Origin: an uncultured Candidatus Saccharibacteria bacterium
GTDB taxonomy: Bacteria > Patescibacteriota > Minisyncoccia > Phycocordibacterales > JACNGX01
Direction of reading: 5' to 3'
NCBI GenBank assembly: GCA_964621395.1
Contig: CAZULS010000001.1
Coordinates: 245,106-309,105, forward strand
DNA: 64,000 nt
The position numbers and the translations under genes are program-made. A model generated the notes under the pieces. It made no database searches and was not told the DNA's origin. It worked only from the letters and a program-made list of their open reading frames with translations. Shown piece by piece: positions 18,704-28,037 of this stretch (position 1 is the first letter of the stretch; each line of letters starts with the position of its first letter).

Positions 18704-19102
18704 TCAGTACGTAAGGGACAAGAATATTTTCAAATCCATGGGGTTGGATTCAAGATATTCCACAAATTTTCGCCATGCTTTCTCCTTTCCCAATTTTTTC
18801 TCAAAAGAGGCGAGTACTTTTTTCAAATTCCCTTTCAAAACCTGCATGAAGAATATATCAAACCTCTTGAGCTCCTCGAAAGAGAACTTATTACATTCGA
18901 GAGAGGTTATAAAGCGGTCCGCCGGGCTCATATCGTTAATTACTATACCCACGATATTTTCCTGCAACACATCTCTTTCTCCATCTCTCCATTCCTCAAG
19001 CTCTTTCATTGAGGAAAGGGCAACCTTGTCTTTTGTGCCTAACAAGTCAGGGAGGTCTATCTCCCATATGTGCTTGCTCAAAGTGTAAACGTAATAGTGC
19101 AT
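18704..19102 (-). CDS. Hypothetical protein (132 aa)
   Basis: Minus-strand ORF upstream of thyX, possibly co-transcribed; no confident family. Confidence 0.3.
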   Translation of the reverse strand: MHYYVYTLSKHIWEIDLPDLLGTKDKVALSSMKELEEWRDGERDVLQENIVGIVINDMSPADRFITSLECNKFSFEELKRFDIFFMQVLKGNLKKVLASFEKKLGKEKAWRKFVEYLESNPMDLKIFLSLTY

Positions 19103-19313
19103 GAGGTCATCCTGTTTTTTCGGTTAAAAGGTGTTACGTCCTCTCCTTTTGTACCATAAACATGTGGAAAATCAAAATGTGGTATACTGTGTATAAGAGC
19201 TCTTCGGGTTTCTGGTACTGTATGATAAGATTCCGAATCAAGTCCGGAATGACACTCATTGGCTTTTAGGTATTTTTAATTTCCTAATCATTAACCTCCT
19301 AATCTCCTGTACT

Positions 19314-20354
19314 ATGTCTTCACGTATTGCCATCAATGGTTTTGGTCGTATCGGCCGGGCATTTTTCAAGGCCGCGTTTTCTCGCCCTGAGATTGATATT
19401 GTCGCTGTCAACGATCTGGGTGATCCCGATAATCTTGCCTATCTTCTCACATACGACACCGCATATGGGAGAAGTCGGTTTGATGTGCAGGTAGAGGGTG
19501 ACACACTTGTCGTTTCGGGTGGTGAAGAAGAAAAAGAAATTGCGCTCATCTCTGAGCGAGATCCTGCGGCATTGCCGTGGGATGATATGGACATTGATAT
19601 CGTGGTTGAGTGTACGGGCGTGTTTGCCGGCTATGAAAAATCAAAACCACACCTCGAGGCCGGGGCCAAGCGCGTGGTGATTTCCGCTCCGGTAAAAGAT
19701 ACTCCTGAAGAGGCGGGAGTGAGCGGCGCGACGATTATTCCGGGAGTCAATGACGAAGAGTTGGAAACGGCACAAATCTCATCCAATGCATCATGCACAA
19801 CCAATGCGGCAACACCGCTTATCGAAATTCTCCATGAAGGGCTCGGTATTGAAAAAGCGGCGCTCAATACGGTGCATGGATACACCTCAACACAGCGCAC
19901 GGTGGATCTTCCGAATCCAAAAGATTTCAGACGCGGGCGTGCGGCGGCGCAGAACATCATTCCCACAAGCACCGGAGCGGCAATTGCCACAACAAAGGTG
20001 GTGCCGGCTCTCGAAGGAGCCTTCGATGGCTTGGCAATGCGCGTGCCGGTGATTGTTGGCTCTATTGTCGATATCACATTTGTCGCATCGCGGGAGACGA
20101 GTGTGGAAGAAGTGAATGATATTCTCCGAACAGCGGCGGGAGAGGAACGCTGGAAGAGCACACTTTCAACCGTGGAAGAGCCGATTGTGTCGTCTGATAT
20201 CATTGGCTGCCCGTATGCATCGCTTGCTGATTTGTCACTCACCCAGGTGATTGGCGGTACGCTCGTGAAAGTGCTTGCGTGGTATGATAACGAAACCGGC
20301 TATGCCAATGCGCTGACCGAACACGTCATTGCAAGCGCACAATACATAGAATAA
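19314..20354 (+). CDS. gap: Glyceraldehyde-3-phosphate dehydrogenase
   Basis: 346 aa; NGFGRIGR Rossmann motif; active site SNASCTTN. Preceded by the conserved 5' module. Confidence 0.9.
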   Translation: MSSRIAINGFGRIGRAFFKAAFSRPEIDIVAVNDLGDPDNLAYLLTYDTAYGRSRFDVQVEGDTLVVSGGEEEKEIALISERDPAALPWDDMDIDIVVECTGVFAGYEKSKPHLEAGAKRVVISAPVKDTPEEAGVSGATIIPGVNDEELETAQISSNASCTTNAATPLIEILHEGLGIEKAALNTVHGYTSTQRTVDLPNPKDFRRGRAAAQNIIPTSTGAAIATTKVVPALEGAFDGLAMRVPVIVGSIVDITFVASRETSVEEVNDILRTAAGEERWKSTLSTVEEPIVSSDIIGCPYASLADLSLTQVIGGTLVKVLAWYDNETGYANALTEHVIASAQYIE

Positions 20355-20487
20355 AAATTCCAAATAACAAAAAACAAATTTCAAATAATACCAAATATAC
20401 AAGGACTCCGAATATACAAATCATTACAAAAATACAAATGGTACAAATATGTACGAATATGAATTTGTGTTTAAAAATAAATTGTTT

Positions 20488-20619
20488 GTCATTCTGAACT
20501 CCTGCCGAGCTTCACTTTCACTGATTACAGAAGAAAACAATAGACGATAGAAGAAAGAACAGAAAGTATGTGGATGAAAAATGCTATTGGTGAAAGTGGG
20601 GCTCTGGTGATTCAGAATC
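20488..20619. repeat. MITE-like element, family 1 variant (gtcattctgaac...gattcagaatc termini)
   Basis: Part of a composite gap-rpiB spacer (20355..20764): tacaaat/tacgaa-rich stretch, this MITE, a solo hairpin unit (20634..20659), a TTCGTA x4 array, then the 5' module. An about 85% identical composite fills rpiB-rpe (21233..21598). Confidence 0.65.
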
Positions 20620-20764
20620 TAGGAGACGACGAAGATTCCGCATCAAGTGCGGAATGACAATGAAAGTGGATAATGTACTAAAAGTCAGATTCGTATGTTC
20701 GTACACGTTCGTAGTTCGTAACCTTTGTAATCTCCTAACATTTAATTTCCTAATCTCCTCAATT

Positions 20765-21232
20765 ATGCTTATTCACATCGCATCAGATCACGCAGGACTT
20801 GCGCTCAAAGAACATCTTCAGGGCGTGCTTGAGTCTCTCGGGCATGAGGTTGTTGATTATGGTCCGAACGAGTATGACAAAGACGATGACTATCCTGATT
20901 TTGTCCGTCCGGCGGCGGAAGCGGTGGGGGAGGCATATTGCTCAGGACAAACAGACGTGCGCGGTATTGTCATTGGCGGCTCCGGGCAAGGCGAAGCGGT
21001 TGTGGCTAATCGCGTGAAGGGTGTTCGTGCAGCAGTGTGGTATGGTGGCGATATGCACTTGGTTATGCTTTCTCGAGAGCATAATGATGCAAATGTTCTG
21101 TCGCTCGGAGCGCGATTCATGGATAAAGGGATTGCCGAAGAAGTGGTGAAGATGTGGCTTGATACACCGTTTTCCAATGACGAGCGCCATATTCGGAGGA
21201 TTAAAAAAATCGATAAAACGAATTACGAATAA
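20765..21232 (+). CDS. rpiB: Ribose-5-phosphate isomerase B
   Basis: Internal ATG MLIHIASDHAG (RpiB/LacAB family) of ORF 20654..21232. The upstream part of the track ORF is translated repeat sequence. Confidence 0.85.
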   Translation: MLIHIASDHAGLALKEHLQGVLESLGHEVVDYGPNEYDKDDDYPDFVRPAAEAVGEAYCSGQTDVRGIVIGGSGQGEAVVANRVKGVRAAVWYGGDMHLVMLSREHNDANVLSLGARFMDKGIAEEVVKMWLDTPFSNDERHIRRIKKIDKTNYE

Positions 21233-21598
21233 GTACGAATATACGAACGGTACAAATCTCTACAAATATGAATTTACGTTTAAAAGCTCATTATTTGTCA
21301 TTCTGAACTCCTGCCGAGCCCCACTTTCACTGGACACATCAAGAAATCATGAACGATAGAAGAAAAAATGAAAGATATGTTACTGCAAATGATATTGGTG
21401 AAAGTGGGGCTCTGGTGATTCAGAATCTAGAAAACGATGGAGATTCCGCATCACCAAGCACCATTTTCACTAAAGTGAAAAAAGTGCTCGGCACAGAGTG
21501 CGGAATGACAATGAAAGTGGATGATGTGCTAAAAGTCAGATTCGTATGTTCGTACTCATTCGTACTTCGTACCCGATACCATTCTTAATTCTCTTCTC

Positions 21599-22297
21599 AT
21601 GCTTGAAATTATCCCTGCCATTATTCCGGAAAGCGTAGAGGATCTCTCCGAAAAGCTTTCTCGTGTTGCCGGTCTTGCATCTGTTGTGCAAATTGATTTT
21701 GTCGATGGTGTGTTTGTGCCCGATGCCGCTCCTTCGTGGCCGTTTCATGACACAAAAGAAGAAGGGGTGTTCAGCACGCTCGGTACAGAGGAAGAAGGTT
21801 TGCCTTTCTGGGACACTTTTTTCTTTGAAGCTGACCTCATGGTAAAAGAGCCCGAGCATATCATCGACGATATTATCGGTGCCGGATTTTCTCGCGTTAT
21901 TCTCCATGCCGGGAGCTCCGGGAAGATTGCCGAAATCTTCGATACACTGCGATCGTATGACATTGAGACAGGTCTTGCTCTTTCTGTCGGCGACGATATA
22001 GAACAATATGCATCGCTTCTTGAAAAAGCGGATGTCATTCAAGTGATGGGCATTGAGCACATCGGCAGGCAAGGAGAAAGGCTGTCTCCGGACGCACTTC
22101 TTCTCTTATCCACTTTGCGGGGGCAGTATCCCGAGCGTATAATAAGTGTCGATGGAGGCGTGAATGTGGAGAACGCGCCCATTCTCGTTGGCGAGGGAGC
22201 CGACCGTCTTGTCTCAGGTTCCGCACTTTTCGGTAGTGATGATATTGCCGGAGTGCTGGCAAAATTTTATTCTCTGGAAGAACCTGTCTCAAGTTAA
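21599..22297 (+). CDS. rpe: Ribulose-phosphate 3-epimerase-like TIM-barrel protein
   Basis: 232 aa. QIDFVDGVFVP resembles the Rpe HLDVMDGHFVPN metal site. The last 19 nt including the stop lie inside a family-2 MITE. Confidence 0.6.
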   Translation: MLEIIPAIIPESVEDLSEKLSRVAGLASVVQIDFVDGVFVPDAAPSWPFHDTKEEGVFSTLGTEEEGLPFWDTFFFEADLMVKEPEHIIDDIIGAGFSRVILHAGSSGKIAEIFDTLRSYDIETGLALSVGDDIEQYASLLEKADVIQVMGIEHIGRQGERLSPDALLLLSTLRGQYPERIISVDGGVNVENAPILVGEGADRLVSGSALFGSDDIAGVLAKFYSLEEPVSS

Positions 22298-22473
22298 ATG
22301 GCTTATTCTCGTTCCGAGCATTCGAGCGAGTCGAAGTCTCGGAGACTGAAGCGTACTGTCTGTACGATGAAGTTGAGAGACAAGACGCAGCCGGATGCTC
22401 GGTGCGAGAATTGCCAAGCGCACACGAAGTGAGGTGAATATTATGTGGGCGTTTTAACGTGAGACAGGTTCTC
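22279..22473. repeat. MITE-like element, family 2 (about 195 nt)
   Basis: aagaacctgtctcaagttaaatggcttattctcg...gagaattgccaagcg...ttaacgtgagacaggttctcag. Copies at 29928..30125, 32835..32938 (short form), 36680..36877, 43062..43259 and 44526..44724. Confidence 0.7.
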
Positions 22474-22493
22474 AGAAGAACGGATTCAGATAT

Positions 22494-23357
22494 ATGAAAC
22501 ACTTAAGCGATGGCGATGTCCATACAATCATTCAGAAAGCAAATACCATCCGCAGAAGCGTGATTGAAATGCTTCTTGAAGCCGGATCGGGGCACACCGC
22601 CGGACCGCTTGGTATGGCGGATATTTTCGCGCTTCTGTATTTTCATGTCCTTCGACACCGCCCCGATGAGCCGGAGTGGTCAGCACGCGACCGACTGATT
22701 CTTTCCAACGGGCACATTTGTCCGGTGCTCTACGCTGCAATGGCACATGCGGGATATTTTCCGGTATCGGAATTGAAGAGCTTGAGAAAGTTTGGCACAC
22801 GACTCCAGGGACACCCGCATCGTGAATGGCTACCGGGTATTGAAACAAGCTCCGGTCCGCTGGGCTCCGGACTTTCACAAGCAGTCGGGATGGCGCTTGC
22901 TGAGCGCATGGACCGCGGAGTTTCGAGTGATAAATATTTTTATGTCATCCTTGGTGACGGAGAACTTGATGCCGGTCAGGTATGGGAAGCGATGATGCAG
23001 GCAGGGAAGGAACGCCTTTCCAATATTATTGCCATTGTCGACCGCAACAATATCCAAATCGACGGCTTTACCTGGGATGTGATGCCACTTGAGCCGTTGT
23101 TTGAAAAATGGGAGAGCTTTAATTGGCACGTGCAAGAAGTGGACGGACACAATATTGAAGCAATGAATGAAGCGATTGGTGAGGCGCAGTCGGCATATGG
23201 ACAGCCGTCGGTGATTATTGCCCACACGATTCCGGGCAAAGGGGTGCAAGAGTTTGAGCGCGATTTTTCATGGCATGGCAAACCGCCCCGCGCAGAAGAA
23301 GCAAAGCGGGCACTGGAAGAGCTGCGCACATTGGGAGGGAAGATACATTGCGATTAG
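22494..23357 (+). CDS. Transketolase, N-terminal (TPP-binding) subunit
   Basis: 287 aa; GDGE TPP-binding signature (VILGDGELDAGQVWEA). Split-Tkt arrangement with the C-terminal subunit at 24460. Confidence 0.85.
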   Translation: MKHLSDGDVHTIIQKANTIRRSVIEMLLEAGSGHTAGPLGMADIFALLYFHVLRHRPDEPEWSARDRLILSNGHICPVLYAAMAHAGYFPVSELKSLRKFGTRLQGHPHREWLPGIETSSGPLGSGLSQAVGMALAERMDRGVSSDKYFYVILGDGELDAGQVWEAMMQAGKERLSNIIAIVDRNNIQIDGFTWDVMPLEPLFEKWESFNWHVQEVDGHNIEAMNEAIGEAQSAYGQPSVIIAHTIPGKGVQEFERDFSWHGKPPRAEEAKRALEELRTLGGKIHCD

Positions 23358-23620
23358 CAATGAAATGCACAAATCACAAGCATCAAATAACAAATAATAC
23401 TCAAATTCGAAATATCAAAATCTATGAGTTGTCATTCCGGGCTTGACCCGGAATCCAGGAAACACACGAAGATTCCGGATCAAGTCCGGAATGACAATGA
23501 AAGTGGACAATGTGCCAAAAGCTAGATTCGTATGTCCGTACAAATTCGTAGTTCGTAACCTTTTATTCTCCTTATTTACTAACATACTTATCTCCTAACG
23601 TGTGATTTATAATTCTATAT

Positions 23621-24013
23621 ATGACTACCGATACTTCAATAAAAGAACAGAGCGAAGATTCAAAGACAGACGCTTCATCTGCCATCGCCTACGACGATTT
23701 CCTCAAATGTGATATTCGTGTTGGCACTATCGTGAAAGCGGAGCTTTTCCCCGAAGCACGTAAGCCGATGCATAAATTCGAAATTGATTTCGGGGAGGAA
23801 ATTGGCATACGTCGTTCATGCGGACAAATCACCCAAAATTATGAACCGGAAGATTTGGTGGGGAAACAGGTGGTAGGCGTGGTGAATTTTCCGGAGAAGC
23901 AAATTGGTCCGTATACGTCGCAGGCTCTTACTCTTGGTTTTCGTGATGCGGAGGATGGCGTGGTCCTTATTTCACCTGAGAAGGAAGTGCCCAACGGTGA
24001 AAGGCTTTTTTAA
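23621..24013 (+). CDS. tRNA-binding domain protein (CsaA/EMAP-II-like)
   Basis: 130 aa; KCDIRVGTIVKAE...HKFEIDFGEE, the Myf/CsaA OB-fold. Confidence 0.6.
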   Translation: MTTDTSIKEQSEDSKTDASSAIAYDDFLKCDIRVGTIVKAELFPEARKPMHKFEIDFGEEIGIRRSCGQITQNYEPEDLVGKQVVGVVNFPEKQIGPYTSQALTLGFRDAEDGVVLISPEKEVPNGERLF

Positions 24014-24014
24014 T

Positions 24015-24455
24015 ATGATAGATCATTTTGACATTCACAGTCCTGAAATACAGTCACGCCTTATTGTTGAGAACAATCTCGCTTTTGCTTTTCCCACACA
24101 TACCCCTATCGTACCCGGACATGTCCTTATCTGTCCGAAGCGCCCTGCGAAAACATGGGATGAATTAGAGGGAGAAGAGATTGAAGCAATATTTGATTTA
24201 CGAAAGAAATTAAAGCAAGCCATGAAAGAAGTTTTTGATGCTGAGGGATTTAATTATGCGTGGAATGAAGAGAAAATCGGTGGACAAAGCGTGCCCCATG
24301 TTCATCTTCATATGTTGCCAAGGAAAGAGGGTGATGCCGGTATTGTAGAATACGAGCCAAGAAAATTTTTGTACCGTCCCGGTGTAAGAGATGTTTCTCC
24401 CAAAGAGGAACTTTCCGATGTTTCCCGATTATTACGAGACGCGATAATACAATAA
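24015..24455 (+). CDS. HIT family hydrolase
   Basis: Internal ATG MIDHFDIH. Histidine triad HVHLHMLPR. Confidence 0.75.
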   Translation: MIDHFDIHSPEIQSRLIVENNLAFAFPTHTPIVPGHVLICPKRPAKTWDELEGEEIEAIFDLRKKLKQAMKEVFDAEGFNYAWNEEKIGGQSVPHVHLHMLPRKEGDAGIVEYEPRKFLYRPGVRDVSPKEELSDVSRLLRDAIIQ

Positions 24456-24459
24456 CAAT

Positions 24460-25449
24460 ATGCCCATTATTTCTTCCGCACACTTAAATAAAAAAGTATT
24501 TGACGCCGACGTGGAGCACATACCGATTCGTAATGGGTATGGCGAAGGACTTGTTTTGGCTGGGAAGCGTGATGCGCGTGTGGTGGCATTGTGTGCTGAT
24601 CTCACGAGCTCCACGCGCACTGTTCGTTTTGCAAAGGAATTTCCCGATCGTTTTGTGGAGATGGGTATTGGTGAGCAGTCGATGGCATCGGTGGCTTCCG
24701 GTATGGCGGCAATGGGGAAGATTCCGTTTATTGCTTCGTATGCAATGTTTTCTCCCGGTCGCAATTGGGAGCAGATTCGCACCACCGTGTGCTACAACGA
24801 TGCAAACGTGAAGATTGCCGGAGCACATGCCGGCGTGTCTGTGGGTCCTGATGGCGGCACCCATCAGGCGATTGAAGATATTGCACTCACGCGAGTAATC
24901 CCGCGCATGAGTGTGCTCGTGCCCTGCGACGTGCATGAAGCAAAAAGAGCAACACTTGCCGCAGCTGCCCACGACGGACCGGTATACATTCGCTTGGCAC
25001 GTGAGAAAACACCGGTTGTCACCACTGAAGAGACACCATTTGAAATTGGTAAGGCACAACTCTTCTTTGAACCGAAGAAAGGTGTGAAAAAAGAAATTGG
25101 TCTCATTGCAAGCGGTTCACTTATGCACAATGCGCTTATGGCGGCAAAAGAATTGGAGAGTGAGGGTATTGGAGTGTCTGTCTTAAACCTTGCCACCGTG
25201 AAGCCCTTGGACGAAGAAGGAGTGCTCGCATTCGCAAAGAAACACAAGGTTATCGTGACCGTTGAAGAACATCAAATTGCCGGTGGTGTCGGCTCGGCAA
25301 TTGCGGAATTCCTTTCCGAAAAGCATCCTATGCCCGTGCACCGTATTGGCGTGAAAGATCAGTTTGGACAATCAGGCACACCGGAAGAATTGATTGCGCA
25401 TTATGGTATGGATGTGGAAGGGATAAAGCAGACAATACGACTTATATGA
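24460..25449 (+). CDS. Transketolase, C-terminal (pyrimidine-binding + C-terminal) subunit
   Basis: 329 aa; Tkt pyrimidine-binding and C-terminal domains. Its stop overlaps the next gene's start (ATGA). Confidence 0.85.
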   Translation: MPIISSAHLNKKVFDADVEHIPIRNGYGEGLVLAGKRDARVVALCADLTSSTRTVRFAKEFPDRFVEMGIGEQSMASVASGMAAMGKIPFIASYAMFSPGRNWEQIRTTVCYNDANVKIAGAHAGVSVGPDGGTHQAIEDIALTRVIPRMSVLVPCDVHEAKRATLAAAAHDGPVYIRLAREKTPVVTTEETPFEIGKAQLFFEPKKGVKKEIGLIASGSLMHNALMAAKELESEGIGVSVLNLATVKPLDEEGVLAFAKKHKVIVTVEEHQIAGGVGSAIAEFLSEKHPMPVHRIGVKDQFGQSGTPEELIAHYGMDVEGIKQTIRLI

Positions 25450-26288
25450 AACACGTAATCCTTGATACTGATTTGGGTGGAGATGCTGACGATATATTTG
25501 CATTGCTATTTGCTATCCACTCTCCTGAATTGAAAATTGATTTGATTGTAACGAGTGACGAACACAATAGTCACCGAGCAAGATATACTGAAGAATTTCT
25601 TGAATTGATACATGCAGACATCCCAGTTGTTGCTGGGCTTGATGTGGGAAATACAAAGCTGTTTGTTGTGGATGAACAAATAAAAGATAAACAAAGAGTC
25701 GTTAACAATAATTTTTTAGAAGAAATTAAAAAAGTTATTGAAAAAAATGAATTGACCCATTATGTATGTATTGGTCCACAGTCTAATCTTGCGGCATTTA
25801 TCAAAAAGTACCCCGAATTAAAAAGCAAAATAACAATATTATTCATGGGCGGTGCAATAAATTATAGAGTACCCAATTCTCCCGAACATAATGTTAAATA
25901 TGACGTACAATCTGCCATTGATGTTTTTCATTCAGACTGGAATAAAAAGTATGTTCTGAGTGATGTTACATTTAAAGAAGAAATAAAAATTGATAAAAAA
26001 TCAAAAATGTTTAAAGAACTTGAAGAATTAGACAAACCCCACCTAAACTTCATCATTGAATCAATGAATCTTTTATTTAAGAAGGTTACTCCTGAAACGT
26101 ATATGCATGATCCTATTACTCTCTCTTATCTTATAGATAATCAAATAATTAATTTTGAGAGACAAAAACTTAAGATGAGTAAAAGAGGAATTATGCAGAT
26201 TAGTCCGAATGGTCAAGAAACGATTGTGTCTACATCAGCAAATTACGAGGCATTCTTGAGAATATTTAAGGAAAGAATATTGAAATGA
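25446..26288 (+). CDS. Nucleoside hydrolase (IU-NH family)
   Basis: 280 aa; N-terminal DTDLGGDADDIFAL aspartate cluster. The gene is markedly AT-rich (about 35% GC) relative to its neighbours. Confidence 0.7.
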   Translation: MKHVILDTDLGGDADDIFALLFAIHSPELKIDLIVTSDEHNSHRARYTEEFLELIHADIPVVAGLDVGNTKLFVVDEQIKDKQRVVNNNFLEEIKKVIEKNELTHYVCIGPQSNLAAFIKKYPELKSKITILFMGGAINYRVPNSPEHNVKYDVQSAIDVFHSDWNKKYVLSDVTFKEEIKIDKKSKMFKELEELDKPHLNFIIESMNLLFKKVTPETYMHDPITLSYLIDNQIINFERQKLKMSKRGIMQISPNGQETIVSTSANYEAFLRIFKERILK

Positions 26289-26401
26289 GAAAAGGAAATT
26301 AAAGAGGAGATTAGGAGATTAAAAAACGATAAACTGTAAACGATGAACGATAAATAAAAAACTTCAAACAAAAAAACAAAAAGGCGCTGCACGCGCCTTT
26401 T

Positions 26402-26776
26402 CTACAATCGTATTTCGAATCCTACGATGTATTTAAGTACCAAACTTTTAAGTGCGTCAATAAATGTTGGTTTGCAGTAGAGGATATAATCTTCCTCACA
26501 CCCTTCCAGACATTTCCACACATTGGTACTGTTTGGTCCGGTATCCAGTCCGATCCCGTTCATGCTTCCCACCATGGAGAAACCTCTCAGGGTCTGTATA
26601 ATACGGACCGCTTTTCCAGGGTGTTTTTGTTGTACACGGTCTACGAGATCACAGATACGACCGGACCTCTCGGTGACAATAATCTGAAGCAAGTCAAACA
26701 CGAGTGGGTCTACTTCAGATGCTTTTTTGTGCGTAACACGTTTCCCTGTTATAGGTAAAGTTCTCTGTTTTTTCAT
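26402..26776 (-). CDS. Hypothetical basic protein (124 aa)
   Basis: Internal ATG (MKKQRTLPITGKR...) of ORF 26402..26950. Confidence 0.3.
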   Translation of the reverse strand: MKKQRTLPITGKRVTHKKASEVDPLVFDLLQIIVTERSGRICDLVDRVQQKHPGKAVRIIQTLRGFSMVGSMNGIGLDTGPNSTNVWKCLEGCEEDYILYCKPTFIDALKSLVLKYIVGFEIRL

Positions 26777-26871
26777 GGTAACAGTGTTTTGAAGTTTCGA
26801 TGCTACTCCAAAGATATATGAACTCAATGTATTTGTCAAAAATAAACGGCGTTTTTGGCGCCGTTTGTGTG

Positions 26872-27135
26872 CTACTGCACTATTTTTGTTTTTAATGTCG
26901 GAAACGGGGATGGATATGTCTCTGCCATGCGCGCCGGAGTCATCCACCATCGTTCTCCTTCTCTGCCGAACACGATAACGTGCCCGAGCAGTTCACATCT
27001 TTCGATAATAGTCTCGGTCAATTTTTCATGTCGGCCGAGAAAATCGCGGATATCTTGAACTTTTATTTTTGATCGTACCAACATGTACTGCAGTACGTTT
27101 TTTTCTCCCCTTTGTATTTTTTCTGCAACAGTCAT
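26872..27135 (-). CDS. Hypothetical small protein (87 aa), possible wHTH regulator
   Basis: Internal ATG (MTVAEKIQRGEKNVLQYMLVRSKIKVQDIRDFLG...). Confidence 0.25.
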   Translation of the reverse strand: MTVAEKIQRGEKNVLQYMLVRSKIKVQDIRDFLGRHEKLTETIIERCELLGHVIVFGREGERWWMTPARMAETYPSPFPTLKTKIVQ

Positions 27136-27333
27136 GGTCGCTAATTTTTTTGTGAACAAAGATTCAATCGGAACTATATTGAATATATAAGAGGAGATAT
27201 GTCTTTGTCAAGCAGCGCGTGGTAGCGCGTACTAAAAACTAACAACTACCAACCCCACTTCGCCAAGGCTTTGCGGGGCGGGCTAAAAACTGAAAAGCGC
27301 GGGAATGAGGCCCTGCCTCATTCCCGCGCTTTT

Positions 27334-28023
27334 CTAATGCGCCACGGCGCAGCAGATTATTTTTTGTGCACCGGCTTCCTTCAGCGCACGGCGGGCTTCG
27401 GCGAATGTGGCGCCCGTTGTGGTGACGTCGTCGATGACGATAACAACACGCCCAAGAGCACGTTCAGGATTAGGGACAGCGAACGCACCGCGGAGATTTT
27501 CAAGACGGGTTTTACGGTCTTTGGTTGTCATTTGAGATTGTGTTTCGCGAGTCTTTATAAGAACGCAATCACCGTTTTCAGTTTCATTATCCATGAGGTG
27601 CGCCAGTGATTGTGCAATAAGCGCGGATTGATTATAGCCGCGCTCTTTTTCTCTTTCAGGGGAAAGAGGGATTGGAACAAGAATCGGTTTTCGATCACTT
27701 TCCATGAGTGAGGTTTCGGCGATGATTTCGGTGAGTATGTCGGTGAGAGTGTGTGCCGCCGTCTCGGCGAGCGCCGTCTGAGAACGATACTTTAATTTCC
27801 AGAGGATGGTGTGAGCAAGTGTGTCGCGATATGACCATACGGCATATGTTTCGGGGAAAGGGGGTGTTTCAGCACTCTCAATATGCGAAAGACACGCAGA
27901 GCACAGATGGGTACCGAGCGTGCCGCAGCCAATACACCTGGAAGGGAAGAGCGCTTCAATGCAGATGTGAGAAGTGCTTCGAGTAATATCAACGATTCTC
28001 TCATACACATCAACGATTTTCAT
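27334..28023 (-). CDS. comF: ComF family competence protein (phosphoribosyltransferase domain)
   Basis: 229 aa. N-terminal Cys4 zinc finger (CIGCG...CSAC) and PRTase motif VIVIDDVTTTGATF. Divergent from pilM. Confidence 0.75.
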   Translation of the reverse strand: MKIVDVYERIVDITRSTSHICIEALFPSRCIGCGTLGTHLCSACLSHIESAETPPFPETYAVWSYRDTLAHTILWKLKYRSQTALAETAAHTLTDILTEIIAETSLMESDRKPILVPIPLSPEREKERGYNQSALIAQSLAHLMDNETENGDCVLIKTRETQSQMTTKDRKTRLENLRGAFAVPNPERALGRVVIVIDDVTTTGATFAEARRALKEAGAQKIICCAVAH

Positions 28024-28037
28024 GATATAATCGTAGC

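Noticed and set aside
20654-20764. Upstream extension of rpiB in track ORF 20654..21232 (MTMKVDNVLKVRFVCSYTFVVRNLCNLLTFNFLIS) and identical 'peptides' at 21349..21588 and 41443..41721
   Set aside because: These recur wherever the TTCGTA-array/5'-module repeat occurs, so they are translated repeat DNA. The canonical RpiB N-terminus (MLIHIASDHAG) begins at 20765.
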